A stretch of 64,000 nt of DNA from an uncultured Planctomycetota bacterium. Lineage in GTDB: Bacteria > Planctomycetota > Planctomycetia > Isosphaerales > Isosphaeraceae. Positions within the stretch are counted from its first letter, which is position 1, and every line of letters starts with the position of its first letter. Of this stretch, positions 11,276-21,660 are shown one piece after another. A program made the position numbers and the translations under genes. Location of the stretch: positions 23,060 through 87,059 of the forward strand of contig CAWJTV010000016.1 in the NCBI GenBank assembly GCA_963845755.1. Direction: 5' to 3'. The notes beneath the pieces were generated by a model. That model was not told where the DNA came from and ran no database searches. It saw nothing but the letters and a program-made list of their open reading frames with translations.

Positions 11276-12595
11276 ATGGGCGACCTGAACGACGGCGAAT
11301 CGGTGGAGATGAAGGGCTCGGGGGCGAAACCCTACGTGCTGAAGAACGTGGGCGGGGTTTACTCCTGCACCTGCCCGGCGTGGCGCAACCAGTCGGTTGC
11401 GATCGAGCGCCGGACGTGCAAGCACCTGCGAAAGCTCCGCGGCGACGCGGCGGAGGAAGTCCGCATCGGCCAGGACCTTCCCCCCAAGCCCGAATTCGAA
11501 GGCGAGGACGGCGTGGCTGCGGGGAAGGAGGGCCCTCCCCTGCTGCTGGCCGAGCGCTGGGACAACGCCCAGGACCTCGCCGGCTGGTGGCTGAGCGAGA
11601 AGCTCGACGGCGTTCGCGCGTACTGGGACGGCAAGTCCCTCATTTCGCGGCTCGGCAACCGCTTCCACGCGCCCGACTGGTTCCTCGAGCGCCTTCCCGA
11701 CATCCCGCTCGACGGCGAGCTGTGGATTGGTCGCAAGGCCTTTCAGCGCACGGTCGGAATCGTCCGCCGCCAGGACAAGACCGACCTGTGGAAGGAGGTG
11801 CGCTACGTCGCGTTCGACGCGCCGAGCGTTGATGACGCGTTCGAAGGCCGTCTGGCCGCCGTCCGCGCGCACATCGAGCGATACCGGCCACCGTACCTGA
11901 CCGCGCTCGAACACGCGATTTGCCTCAGCCTGGACCACCTCCGCGCGGAGCTGGCGCGCATCGAAGCACTCGGTGGCGAAGGGCTAATGCTCCGCCAACC
12001 GGAATCGCGCTACGAGGTCGGCCGGTCGCTGACGCTCTTGAAGGTCAAGAGCTTCCAGGACGCCGAAGCCCGGGTGCTGGAGCACCTCAAAGGCGCCGGA
12101 CGGCACAAGGGCCGGCTCGGCGCGCTGCTCGTGGAGCTGGCCAACGGAACCCATTTCTCGGTGGGAACCGGCTTCTCCGACGCCGAGCGTGAAGCCCCGC
12201 CGCCGGTCGGCTCGGTCATCACCTTCCGCTATCAGGAACTTTCCGACGGCGGCGTGCCCCGCTTTCCGTCGTATGTCGGCGTCCGGATCGATGCCGCCTT
12301 TCCCCCCGCGCCGACGACGCCTCCTTCACGACCCGCGAAGGTCGCGGCTCCAGCCCCGACGGTGACCTCGGCCTCCCCCGCGGCCCGGCGGTTCGAGCTG
12401 GTCGAGGGATCGTCGAGCAAGTTCTGGGAAGTGGCCCACGACGGCTGTTCGGTGACCGTTCGTTACGGCCGGATCGGCAGCGACGGCCAAGCCAAGACGA
12501 AGGACTTCCCGAGCGAAGAGCAGGCCCGGCGCCACGCCGACGGGCTGATCGAGGAGAAGGTCGCCAAGGGCTATCGCGAAAGCGGCGGGGCGTAA
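11276..12595 (+). CDS. ATP-dependent DNA ligase with N-terminal SWIM zinc finger and C-terminal WGR domain
   Basis: YSCTCPAW...RTCKH; SEKLDGVRAYW, LDGELW, GEGLMLR, LKVK, OB-fold GTGFSD...PRFP; KFWEV...VRYGRIG...EKVAKGY; GGAGG RBS before ATG 11276. Confidence 0.92.
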   Translation: MGDLNDGESVEMKGSGAKPYVLKNVGGVYSCTCPAWRNQSVAIERRTCKHLRKLRGDAAEEVRIGQDLPPKPEFEGEDGVAAGKEGPPLLLAERWDNAQDLAGWWLSEKLDGVRAYWDGKSLISRLGNRFHAPDWFLERLPDIPLDGELWIGRKAFQRTVGIVRRQDKTDLWKEVRYVAFDAPSVDDAFEGRLAAVRAHIERYRPPYLTALEHAICLSLDHLRAELARIEALGGEGLMLRQPESRYEVGRSLTLLKVKSFQDAEARVLEHLKGAGRHKGRLGALLVELANGTHFSVGTGFSDAEREAPPPVGSVITFRYQELSDGGVPRFPSYVGVRIDAAFPPAPTTPPSRPAKVAAPAPTVTSASPAARRFELVEGSSSKFWEVAHDGCSVTVRYGRIGSDGQAKTKDFPSEEQARRHADGLIEEKVAKGYRESGGA

Positions 12596-12673
12596 GCGAT
12601 TCGACGGCGATCTCCCGGCCGGGCCACTTTCGAGATGAAGGCCCATGGGACATCGAGCTCGGCGGCAAGAACC

Positions 12674-13471
12674 ATGGCTAATCCCTTCAAGGCCGAGTCC
12701 GATGGACGTCACCCGATCATCGAAGCCTTGATCACCGAACTCGGCTCCAGGAAGGGCGACCCTCTGGACCGCCTCGAATACCTGCTCCGGAACTGTGGCT
12801 ACCTGGCCGAACGGAGGGGCGACCTTGTCGTCCTCAGCGACAACGCCCATCGGCTCGATTTCCGCGACCTCGCCCCGTGGCTGCCGTTGCATCCCGAGGC
12901 GTTGGAAACGTTCCCATGGGTCAGGGAGTTCTCGCGGCGGGGGAGCTTCAGTTCCTGGATCTTGCAGGGGCCGGAACGATTCCTCCAGCGGGTTCACGGC
13001 CACAAAGTCCCGGCAATCTGCCTCGACGGGTTGGTGGCCTATCTCGTCAAGGCCCTATCCGCTGCGGGAGTCATCACGACTTCGTCCTGCGCCGGCCATG
13101 TCGGCCTCCTGATCGTCGGCCTGGAGCCTGGATGTAACAGCGCCTGGGCCGCGATCCTGGTCCGACACGTCGAGACGAAGATGAGGCTCGCCCACCGTTG
13201 GGAGGTGCACAACGGCTCCCTGGAAGTCGTTCCTGGTATGGAGGTCGACTGGGTCCGGTACTTCCTGGAGGTCCTCGACGTGGCCGACCACTTGTACCAG
13301 GAGCAAGTCCGCTTGCGCGAGATCCGGAGGGAGATCGTCGCGCATCTGGACGAACAAGTCTATAATTTTTATTTTAAAAATATATTATTAAATATTGATA
13401 TTTTACTTCGTGGGATGCCCGTGGGCATGCGACTTCCAATCGGCCCAGAAGGCGATTTCCTCGTCCGATAG
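12674..13471 (+). CDS. Hypothetical protein with TYW3-like LD...TTSSCxG motif
   Basis: Coding-like GC3 bias; LDGLVAYLVKALSAAGVITTSSCAGH. Confidence 0.6.
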   Translation: MANPFKAESDGRHPIIEALITELGSRKGDPLDRLEYLLRNCGYLAERRGDLVVLSDNAHRLDFRDLAPWLPLHPEALETFPWVREFSRRGSFSSWILQGPERFLQRVHGHKVPAICLDGLVAYLVKALSAAGVITTSSCAGHVGLLIVGLEPGCNSAWAAILVRHVETKMRLAHRWEVHNGSLEVVPGMEVDWVRYFLEVLDVADHLYQEQVRLREIRREIVAHLDEQVYNFYFKNILLNIDILLRGMPVGMRLPIGPEGDFLVR

Positions 13472-13606
13472 CGACTCCGGCTCGCCGCCCGCCCGTCTCC
13501 CCCGACACCGCACGGCCACTGTCCGGTTTTTTCCGGACTACCCCCTTCTCCGCCACGATCGCGCCGTCTATACTGATCACAATTCCATAAGGTTCATCCG
13601 TATATT

Positions 13607-13882
13607 ATGGAGCATCCTACCATGCCGCCGCTGGAAAGACTCTTCCGCCTGGAGATCGAATTCCACCGCCGGTTGCGGACGCAGGCCCCCGGTGCCGAAG
13701 ATATCCGTGCGCTCCATACCAGCTACGCCCTGCAATCCGGCTATGAGCCGCTGATCCGGACGGTTGGCACCGTCACCGCCCAGGACCTCGACCGTCTTCA
13801 AGCACGACTCGTCCTGGCCGGCGACGCCCGCGATATCCTGGCCGCCCGCGATTCGCTCAAGCAGCTCTTGGGGGGTGAGTAG
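13607..13882 (+). CDS. Small hypothetical helical protein
   Basis: 91-aa ORF with native codon bias and ordinary composition. Confidence 0.6.
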   Translation: MEHPTMPPLERLFRLEIEFHRRLRTQAPGAEDIRALHTSYALQSGYEPLIRTVGTVTAQDLDRLQARLVLAGDARDILAARDSLKQLLGGE

Positions 13883-14018
13883 CATCCGGACAGAAAACTG
13901 GAATAAGATCGTGATACGACGAGTCTTTCCGGGACTACGGGGCCGGAATCAGGCTGTTCTACCCCGATTCCTGCTCGAACTCGACGTATCGGCCGACTCC
14001 TACGCCCAAGAGGTTGCC

Positions 14019-14528
14019 GTGATCGCACCACGCTTCCGAATCGCCTGGGTCATGGTCGCCGTCGCCATCGCCGCACTCGACTTCGGGGCGATACGGGCAT
14101 TCTCTGGTCACCGAGCGAATGTCCTCGACGAACAGAGGGGTATCCTCTTGTTACTGGGTGCCCTGCCGATGGCGCACGTTCTCGCGGTCGGCATGCTGGT
14201 TGGTCGACGGCGTCCGGGAAGTCGCCCGTTCTTCACGGGATTTGAGGTGTTCGGCGCGATGGCGTTGGCCTTCTTTATCGAATTGGCGATTTGCTTTCCT
14301 CGTGAGGTCGTGTTTCCCTACCTCACACCATGTGTCGCGCCCTTGGAGACGTTCATCGGGCCGGGCCATCCGTTCGTTTCCATCCCAATGTTAGTCTTGG
14401 TCGTCGTGGTCATGCTCGTCGGGCCGCAAGTGGTTTTCGCCTCAGTTGGTGGCCTCTGGTACCGTAAGGCCACGGCCGCGAGGTGTCGCGTGTGCGGCCA
14501 GCGGGGGAATTGCGGGCAGGCTCTTTAG
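14019..14528 (+). CDS. Small membrane protein of planctomycete 'RFRIAWVMVAVAIAAL' type
   Basis: AAGAGG then GTG at 14019; about four hydrophobic segments. Confidence 0.65.
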   Translation: MIAPRFRIAWVMVAVAIAALDFGAIRAFSGHRANVLDEQRGILLLLGALPMAHVLAVGMLVGRRRPGSRPFFTGFEVFGAMALAFFIELAICFPREVVFPYLTPCVAPLETFIGPGHPFVSIPMLVLVVVVMLVGPQVVFASVGGLWYRKATAARCRVCGQRGNCGQAL

Positions 14529-14874
14529 TTGCCGTAGGGCTCTAATGGCGCCTTCTTCTCACGCCGCGTGAGAAAACACTCACTTCTTTGGCCGTTCGGC
14601 GTCAACCGGTTTGTCCCGCGGCAACTCAAATGACTTTCCGGATTGGTGCAGGACCAGCGCCAAGACCTTGCTCCCGCTGTCTTTCTTAAATGAGACTGCG
14701 ACCGCGTTGGTGAGTACAAACTGCCAGCGCCCCTCCTTGTCGGGCTCCCTCAGCTCGAACACCAGTTGACTGGGAATATCCAGGGCCAGTTTCCCGCAGC
14801 GGAATACCACCTGGAACGGGGTGTTTTTGAATGGCCCGAAGTTCGCGTAATATGTGCCGATCAGCGGTTTCATC

Positions 14875-16405
14875 GTAGCCGTTCACACCCCGAACAATTT
14901 GTACAGTTAGTTCGTATTACTGTATATGAGTCAGCAGCTTCCGATCCCTGAGCCACTCTGGAGCACCGTGCCCGAGGACGCGCAAGCCGCCCTCCTCGAT
15001 GCCTGGAATGTGCTCCGGGATGAGATCGCCGAGTTGAAGACCACCGTGCGCGATCTCCGGGCCCGGCTCGGACTCAACTCGACGAATTCCTCCAAGCCCC
15101 CCTCTTCCGACCCGATCGGCCTGAAACGAAAGCCGCCGACTCCGCCTTCGCGGCGCAAACGCGGCGGACAACCCGGCCATCGCAAGGCGTTCCGCGCCCT
15201 GGTCCCTCCCGAGGAGCTCCGATCGTCCACCGATCGTCGGCCCGGGGCCTGTCGTCGCTGCGGCCATGCGCTGCACGGCGAGGATCCCACACCCTTGATC
15301 CATCAGGTCGCCGACCTGCCCCGGATCGAGCCACTCGTGGACGAATACCGGCTGCATCGGCTCGCTTGTCCGGACTGTGGGACGACCACGTGTGCGACCC
15401 TCCCCGAGGGGGTCTCCACCAGCCACTTCAGCCCGTACACTCAGGCCGTGCTGGCGACCCTGGCCGGCGCCTACCGCCTCAGCAAGCGGCAGATCCAGCA
15501 ACTCGCCGGCGATCTGTTGGGGCTGTCGATCTCCACCGGGATGATCTCCAAGCTGGAGCGACAATCGGCCGCCGTGCTGGAGGCCCCCTATAACGAGCTG
15601 GCCGTCGCCGTCCACACGGCGGAGGTGATCCATGCCGACGAGACCTCCTGGCGGGAGGAGCGGCGCAAGGCCTGGCTTTGGGCGGCGGTGACCGCGATGT
15701 TCACCGTCTTCACCATCGCCCGCAACCGCACCGCCAAGGTGGCCCGAGCGGTCCTGGGGACGCACGACGGCTCGATCGCGGTGACCGACCGTTGCAGTTC
15801 CTACGACTGGATCGCCGCGGCCGGCCGGCAGATCTGCTGGAGCCATCTCCGCCGCGATTTCCAGGCGATGATCGACCGCGGCGGGGCGGCCGAACCGATC
15901 GGCCGACGACTGTTGAGGCTGTCGGATCGGTTGTACCGCTGGTGGCATCGCCTCGAGGCCGAGCGGGTGGATCGGGGGCGATTCGCGCGACGATGACCCG
16001 GGTGAGGCGCGAGGTCAAAGCGGCGCTGGACGACGGTGCGCGGTGCGGATGTCCGCGGACGCGCGGGATGTGCGCCGAGATCCTGCGCGTGGAGGGGAGC
16101 TTGTGGACCTTCGCGCGGGTCGAGGGGGTGCCTCCCGACAACAATGCGGCGGAGCGCGCCGAGCGGCACGCCGTGATCTGGCGGCGGATCAGCGGGGGGA
16201 CCGACAGGCGCAGGGGAGCCGGTTCGTCGAGCGGATGTTGACCGTGGTGGCCACGTGCCGGCAGCAGGGACGAGACGTGCTGGGCTACCTGACATCGTGC
16301 TTTGAAGCGGCTCGGAGCAACCAATCGATCCCCTCCCTCGTCCCGGTGACTCCACCAAAGATCGAGGCCGCCTAATTCCAGCTATCACGCCCCATGAACG
16401 GGTAC
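14875..16405 (+). mobile_element. IS66-family insertion sequence (single-ORF, ISBst12-like)
   Basis: IRs GTAGCCGTTCA / TGAACGGGTAC; 8-bp TSD GTTTCATC at 14867-14874 and 16406-16413. Confidence 0.93.
14926..16375 (+). CDS. IS66 transposase (frameshifts near 15990 and 16205)
   Basis: NSTNSSKPPSSD, RKRGGQPGH, zinc ribbon, HADETSW, QICWSHLRRDF, PPDNNAAER, ERMLTVVATCRQQGR. Confidence 0.92.
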
Positions 16406-17745
16406 GTTTCATCTCATCCGGCACTTTGTTAACGCCCTCGCGCTGGAGCAGCGCATCCTGGATTGTCGTCTCCAACCGGATCGTGCTGACCTGGCCCCGC
16501 GATTGTGTGAAGTAACAGACGATCAGATTCTCCGCGGGAAATGCCCAAGCACCTGTACCATCCGAACCGCCGTGGCCGATGGCCCTCACTTCCGTCCTGG
16601 TAGGACTTTCGCCGGGTGCGTAGAGCATGGACATTTGGCCGTATTGCGGCTTCATCCCGAAAAACCCGCATGGGTACGGCTCAACGCTTCCGAGTGCTTT
16701 CATCGGCGACTTGGGAGTCAGGATGCGGGCGATCGCCTCGTTTGAGAGCAGTCGTTTGCCACCGGCCATGCCGCTGTCCATCCACATCGCGAGGAAGCGG
16801 GCATAATCGGCAGGGGTGGAGTAGAGCGTCTGCGAGCCCCACGCGAACGGATACAAGGGTGCTCCGCCCGGCTTCCAGATCCGCGTCCACTTCCCCGGGC
16901 TGCCGAAGTAAAGACTCGCAACGCGCTTCTTGCGCGGGTCGTCGGCCTTCGAGAGATAGAACGAGTCGGCCATCCCCAGCGGCTGCAGGATCCGCTCCGC
17001 GACGAAGCGGTCGATCGTCGTGCCGCTGATCCGTTCGACAACGGCCGCCGCGGCGTCACTGCCAGCGTCTGAGTACCAGAACTTTTCGCCCGGCTTGAAT
17101 TGTGGCCCTTTTTCCCCGATGGCTTTCGCCTGGGTTTGCAGGTCGGAGTACTGATCGATTCTTACCGTCATGATCGTCAGAGGCAATCCGCTCCGGTGTT
17201 GCAGGAGTTGCTCGATCGTGATGGCCTTCGATTTGTCGTTGTCGAATCCGGGTAGGTATTTCGCCACGGGGTCGTCCAGGCGCAGTTTCCCCTCGTCGGC
17301 CAGCATCTGCACGGCGACTCCCGTCAGCGGTTTGGTCATCGAACGGATGTTGAAGATCGTGCCGCGCTCCATGGCTCGTTTGTCTTCGCGATCGCGCGCT
17401 CCGTAGACCTCGTGCAAGATCGTCTTGCGGTTCTTGATGATCAGGAGCTCGCCTCCGACGATCGTGCCGTTCCTCACGTACTCTTCCACCTCGCCGGCCA
17501 CTCGGCGCACGGCCGCGGCCGAAACGCCCTGGCTTTCGGGTGTGGCGACCGGGAAAGCAGCCTTCTCCTCGGCCGCGGCCGATACACTCATCGGGCCTAA
17601 CCACACTGCCGCGATCCAGATCGCCGTCCGCTGGCATAAGCGCGCTCGATTGACTGTCATTGGAACTCTCGCTTGGGTGACTCTTGACTGCCGGATCCGG
17701 AACCTTCTGCCATCGTGGGTGGCGAGCCTCGAAAGAAAGCCTGCA

Positions 17746-18129
17746 TTAGACGGCTTTCGCCTCGTCCCGCAGCGACAGGCAATAGCCGAGCGTCACCGCC
17801 ATCCCGGCCGCGACCGCGCCGGACCCGGCCGTTATCGCCACCGGGATCGGCGCGAACGCCCACAGTCCGGCATAGACGAGCCCGCTCAGCACCAAGGACC
17901 AACTCGCGACCCGCCTGGCCTGGCGGGCGCCGGCGGGGACCCGGACCAGGACCATGGCCTTGGGCATCCGGTTGCCGTACCAGGCCATCCAGAGCCCGAT
18001 AACGGCGGTGACCAACCGTGTGACCGTGTCGCCGTCGATATAGCCCAGCTTGTGCGCGAAGGTCGCGCCGAGCGACAGGGCCATCATGCCGCCGGCCCAG
18101 ACGAGACATGCCGTCAGTTCCTTGTTCAT
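17746..18129 (-). CDS. Small multi-TM membrane protein co-transcribed with SdpR-like repressor
   Basis: Four hydrophobic helices, WYGNRMPK motif; ATGA overlap with ArsR gene. Confidence 0.75.
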   Translation of the reverse strand: MNKELTACLVWAGGMMALSLGATFAHKLGYIDGDTVTRLVTAVIGLWMAWYGNRMPKAMVLVRVPAGARQARRVASWSLVLSGLVYAGLWAFAPIPVAITAGSGAVAAGMAVTLGYCLSLRDEAKAV

Positions 18130-18422
18130 CGTGCAGTCGCCTTTTTGGACTCCGGCGCCTCCTCGCCCAGGCCGAACGAATGGACGAAGCCCAGAAGCGC
18201 TTCTTCGAGCACCGAGAGCTTCAGGTGATAGATGACGGACTTGCCAACCTTCTCGGCGTGCACCAGGTCGGCCTCCTTCAGCACCGCGAAGTGCGCCGAC
18301 ATCGTCGGCTTGGAGACGTCGAACTGGTCGCTGAGCTCGCCCGCGCTCATCGGCCCCTTGCGCAGAAGCAGTAGCACGCGTCGGCGCGTCGGATCGGAAA
18401 GGGCTTTGAATACCTGGCTCAT
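18126..18422 (-). CDS. ArsR/SmtB family (SdpR-like) repressor
   Basis: VFKALSDPTRRRVLLLLRKGPMSAGELSDQFDVSKPTMSAHFAVLKEADLV. Confidence 0.92.
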   Translation of the reverse strand: MSQVFKALSDPTRRRVLLLLRKGPMSAGELSDQFDVSKPTMSAHFAVLKEADLVHAEKVGKSVIYHLKLSVLEEALLGFVHSFGLGEEAPESKKATAR

Positions 18423-18457
18423 GATTCGATCTTTAGCTAATCGACGAAATTTGTCAA
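18423..18457 (-). promoter_or_regulatory. Putative sigma70 promoter and operator for a leaderless sdpR-like transcript
   Basis: TTGACA on minus strand at 18457-18452; TAAAGAT about 16-17 nt downstream and 6 nt before ATG; imperfect TTTAG..CGAAA dyad between them. Confidence 0.5.
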
Positions 18458-18593
18458 GGGCGGGGGTTCGACCTTGGTGGCAATGGCGCAGGGTGAATCG
18501 CTTTCAGCCTTCTTGGTCTTCGACTCGATCGCAAAATTGAAACCGGCCTCCTCGGGCGGACTGTGGATGATCTGGCAGCGTGACGACCCTTGC

Positions 18594-18621
18594 GCCGGTT
18601 TTCTGTTCCATTGCTACTCAC
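18594..18621 (+). repeat. Left arm of 28-bp perfect inverted repeat
   Basis: GCCGGTTTTCTGTTCCATTGCTACTCAC; reverse complement at 21661-21688. Confidence 0.9.
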
Positions 18622-18769
18622 GCCCCAATCCGGAGACCACCATGACCACCGAAACGATGAGCCTCAACGACTTGGTCCAGCTCGACGTGAGCATCAGCCG
18701 TCAGATCGACGAAAGGTTTCTGTCGCCCGCCGTTCAGAAAACCCAGTCCAGACACTGCGGAGTTGTCCC

Positions 18770-19141
18770 GTGGAGCTTCCAGAAATCACATTGTTGCAGT
18801 TCTTGGTCTTGAGCCACATACGTAGGAATGGCGAGTTGTCAGGCCGAGATCTGCGTGGGCTTCTTGCAAGTGGGGGCGTGAAATCTACGGGCCCCCAGTT
18901 CTATCGCCTGATGTCCCGGCTCGAAGATGCCGGGCACATTCACGGCTGGTATGCACCGAAGGAGATTGAACACCAGGTTGTGAATGAGAGGCGGTATCGC
19001 CTCACTGACGGCGGCCGAACAGCCTGGCAACAGACATCGGATTTCTTTTCAGCTTGCTCCGGTGGAAGGCCGGTCCCGGCCGATCGTCCTTCGGGTCGGC
19101 GAGCCAAGGATATGAAAGGAGGAGCCAAATGCCTCGCGTAA
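18770..19141 (+). CDS. PadR-like winged-helix regulator
   Basis: GGAG RBS + GTG; LQFLVLSHI..GELSGRDL...GPQFYRLMSRLEDAGHIHG...RRYRLTDGG. Confidence 0.75.
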   Translation: MELPEITLLQFLVLSHIRRNGELSGRDLRGLLASGGVKSTGPQFYRLMSRLEDAGHIHGWYAPKEIEHQVVNERRYRLTDGGRTAWQQTSDFFSACSGGRPVPADRPSGRRAKDMKGGAKCLA

Positions 19142-19156
19142 CATAATTAAAGCGAC

Positions 19157-19187
19157 AAGAACCCCGGGGTCCGCCGGGTTCTTTTTT
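19157..19187 (+). terminator. Rho-independent terminator
   Basis: AAGAACCCCGG-GGTCCG-CCGGGTTCTT followed by T-run, just after padR-like stop. Confidence 0.75.
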
Positions 19188-19317
19188 GCGCCCGCGCGAA
19201 CACTCGGTTGAACTCGCATTGTGCACTACCCCTGCCCTGCCCTTCATCGTCTGCCGCTGGCTCTCATCCTCGAGGGCCCGCGGCCGTTCCCATTGGCACA
19301 ACCGGTATGCTCGGCGC

Positions 19318-19602
19318 TCAAGCCGCTTCATCGTCGGCATCCGAGTTAACCGAAAACCCCTGCCCTTGCCGATCAGAACTGTCACCGGGATCAGATCCTC
19401 TTCCCTTGTCTACCAACACGACCCCACGTAAGCCAGCCCGGACGAACTCGGCGGCTAAGGCCGAAGCGTCCACGCCTCTCAGCGCCGCAACCGCGCGGAG
19501 CTTGGCGTGCGTGACAACGTCCAGTGGCACGGATGTTCTGACGGGCGGGCGGACGGGCACCGTTGCGGGTGCGCGACGTCGAGGGCTGTCCTGATCGCTC
19601 AT
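19318..19602 (-). CDS. Small ribbon-helix-helix-like DNA-binding protein (mobile-element type)
   Basis: VRTSVPLDVVTHAKLRAVAALRGVDASALAAEFVRAGL; GGAGG RBS. Confidence 0.6.
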   Translation of the reverse strand: MSDQDSPRRRAPATVPVRPPVRTSVPLDVVTHAKLRAVAALRGVDASALAAEFVRAGLRGVVLVDKGRGSDPGDSSDRQGQGFSVNSDADDEAA

Positions 19603-19843
19603 GGGCGGCCTCCAGCAAGATCACGAGTGAGCCCGCGAGGTCGCTCCCCGCGGGCTTACTCTCTTTCGGCCGTGCGCACGTGCGGCCTTGAGCGTCGGCT
19701 TATTCCCGCATGCCGTCGGCCTCCAGCGCCGGCAGCCTATACGCGCTAGGCGACGTCGTGCACATGAACTATTGACCAAAGGCCCGGAATCTGCCTCAAT
19801 GGATGCACAAGCAGCTGACTAAAAACGACCCGGGGCCCCGCCG

Positions 19844-20074
19844 ATGAGGTCGCGGCATCCTAACAAGCACATCGAGGAAGCCGTCCAATACGCGGAGTCA
19901 CGGGGCTGGCGCTTCACGAAGTCCGAAGGACACGCTTGGGGTATCCTCCGATGCCCGGAACGCAGTCGAGAAGGCTGTCAAATTTCCGTGTGGTCAACAC
20001 CCAAGGTTCCGGAGAATCACGCTGAACAGATCCGAAGGCGGGTCAACTGGTGTGGTCATGGGCAGGGGACATGA
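19844..20074 (+). CDS. HicA-like toxin
   Basis: HPNKHIEEAVQYAESRGWRFTKSEGHAWGILRCP...CQISVWSTPKVPENHA. Confidence 0.7.
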   Translation: MRSRHPNKHIEEAVQYAESRGWRFTKSEGHAWGILRCPERSREGCQISVWSTPKVPENHAEQIRRRVNWCGHGQGT

Positions 20075-20075
20075 G

Positions 20076-20387
20076 ATGAAGGAAACGCACGAATTTACCC
20101 TGGTCGTTAACGGAATCTCCGAACTGACTCCCGAGGTCCTGGACGCACTCTTTGAAGCCGGTTGCGATGATGCTACGGTTTGCCAGCAGAACGACCGCGT
20201 TGAGATGGATTTTGCCCGCAGCGCCCCCACGAGGGATGAGGCTGTCGAAAGCGCGGCTCGCGACGTTGCTAAAGCAAACATCGGCGCGACGGCGACCCTG
20301 GTGATTAACGAGCGGCCCGACAAAGGGGCTGTGTCGAGAATCCTCCAGAACCATAAAAACCGCCGGATCCGAAAGACGGGCGCCTGA
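20076..20387 (+). CDS. HicB-like antitoxin N-terminal domain (no C-terminal HTH)
   Basis: HEFTLVV...DALFEAGCDDAT...DFARSAPTRDEAVESAARDV, 1 nt after toxin stop. Confidence 0.7.
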   Translation: MKETHEFTLVVNGISELTPEVLDALFEAGCDDATVCQQNDRVEMDFARSAPTRDEAVESAARDVAKANIGATATLVINERPDKGAVSRILQNHKNRRIRKTGA

Positions 20388-20448
20388 CCCGTCCGCGTCG
20401 TGGAAGTGAAAATTGACTTCCACGCCTGGTTGAACCACGATCGGTCGG

Positions 20449-20661
20449 TCAGTTCCGCCTGGCCGCCATCCGTTCCCTATGGCGCTTCTTGAGCTTCACG
20501 ACCAGGTCGTTGGGCGTCGGGCTGGAGTTCATGAACCAGCACTCGCGCTCCGCCACCGCTTTCCGGGCCGGACAGCAGCGCGCCGGCCCGGGGCATCGGG
20601 TACCGATAGGCGAGCCGTGCCGAGGGCAGGGGAACCGGCTGATGATCTCTGGGGAGGTCAT
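20449..20661 (-). CDS. Small Cys/Arg-rich hypothetical protein
   Basis: CPRH...RC...CC pattern resembling a zinc finger; short ORF, weak support. Confidence 0.3.
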   Translation of the reverse strand: MTSPEIISRFPCPRHGSPIGTRCPGPARCCPARKAVAERECWFMNSSPTPNDLVVKLKKRHRERMAARRN

Positions 20662-21660
20662 GGGAGAATCATACCATAGGTCGCTTATACGGCTCTCTGA
20701 GCCCCTGCCGGCCGTTGACGCCCCATCCGTCAGGCCGAGTCCAGATCGCCCCTCTCAAGCCACGCCTGGCAGCGCAGCGCGGGCTTCTCTCTTTGCCTAG
20801 AACGCCGATTTCCGCGGAGGAGAAATCGATTGACATTTGGTCCACGCCAGGACTGGTTTTCCCGCGATATCTTGGACTTGGTGTCAGTCGGTTTTGTCAG
20901 TCAGGGTCTGCGTGGGCCAATCGCCAAGTCACATCGAAGTGTGGGCCATTGGCGCGGATTTCCGCGGTTTGGCGGACCTTCCCCTTGAGCCACCTGCGAT
21001 TTGACATTCCCGGTTTCCTGGTCTCTTGCCTCAAAACCATCTGACATTCCAGGGGACAAGTTGTCGCGAATTCCGGAGAATCTCGCCACCTCCCGCCAGA
21101 AGTTGTCAGTCGGTTTCCCCCCCGCGGAAATCGGCGTAGAAGAGAAATTTGAGGAAAAGGGCCGTCGTTATACTAAAGTTCTTCTGGATGCCCCAAAGGT
21201 GCGCGGCGGTAGCATCGGCTGATAAACCCGGCGGATGTCGCTTTTTGGAAACACATCGCCGGAACGCGGGCAAACGTTTCATAATTCCTCTGAGAAGACG
21301 CGAGAGCCGGCCCCGGCCCGCATGTCGCGCTCTTCGTGCGCGCGTTGCGCATGAAAAGCCCGGGGTGACAGCCCCGGGCAATTGGCAAATCCTGGCTTGA
21401 GGACCAAAGGTTCGCTATGGGTACACTAGCTTATTCTGAGCAGAACAAGAACAACGGCAAGAGGCGACGCCTGCCATGGCATGTGATTGCAGCGGTTCTC
21501 GCGGCCTTGACGGCGTTCGCCGGCCTGGCCGAGAAACTTCTCGATCTCTACAGCAATTACCAATGACCAGCCAGGGGCGCCGGCCGCCTCGCCTCTGGGG
21601 CGGTCGGCTTCCCGCGGCCGATTCCCCGTCCCGACGGTCGCCAGGACCAGGACGGTGTGT

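Larger units (their letters stand above)
14580..17660 (-). pseudogene. Secreted serine hydrolase (beta-lactamase/AmpC-like family) disrupted by IS66
   Basis: SMTK (SxxK), LLQHRSGL, FWYSD, HGGSDG; ...VPDEMK at 16406 rejoins PLIGTYYANFG at about 14866 once the IS and one TSD are removed. Confidence 0.9.

Noticed and set aside
13361..13405. DGR variable or template repeat
   Set aside because: No reverse transcriptase and no second near-identical copy differing at adenines in the window
15801..16405. C-terminal extension of the 619-aa serine hydrolase ORF
   Set aside because: Read-through into the IS66 antisense strand; the native C-terminus is at 14580-14866
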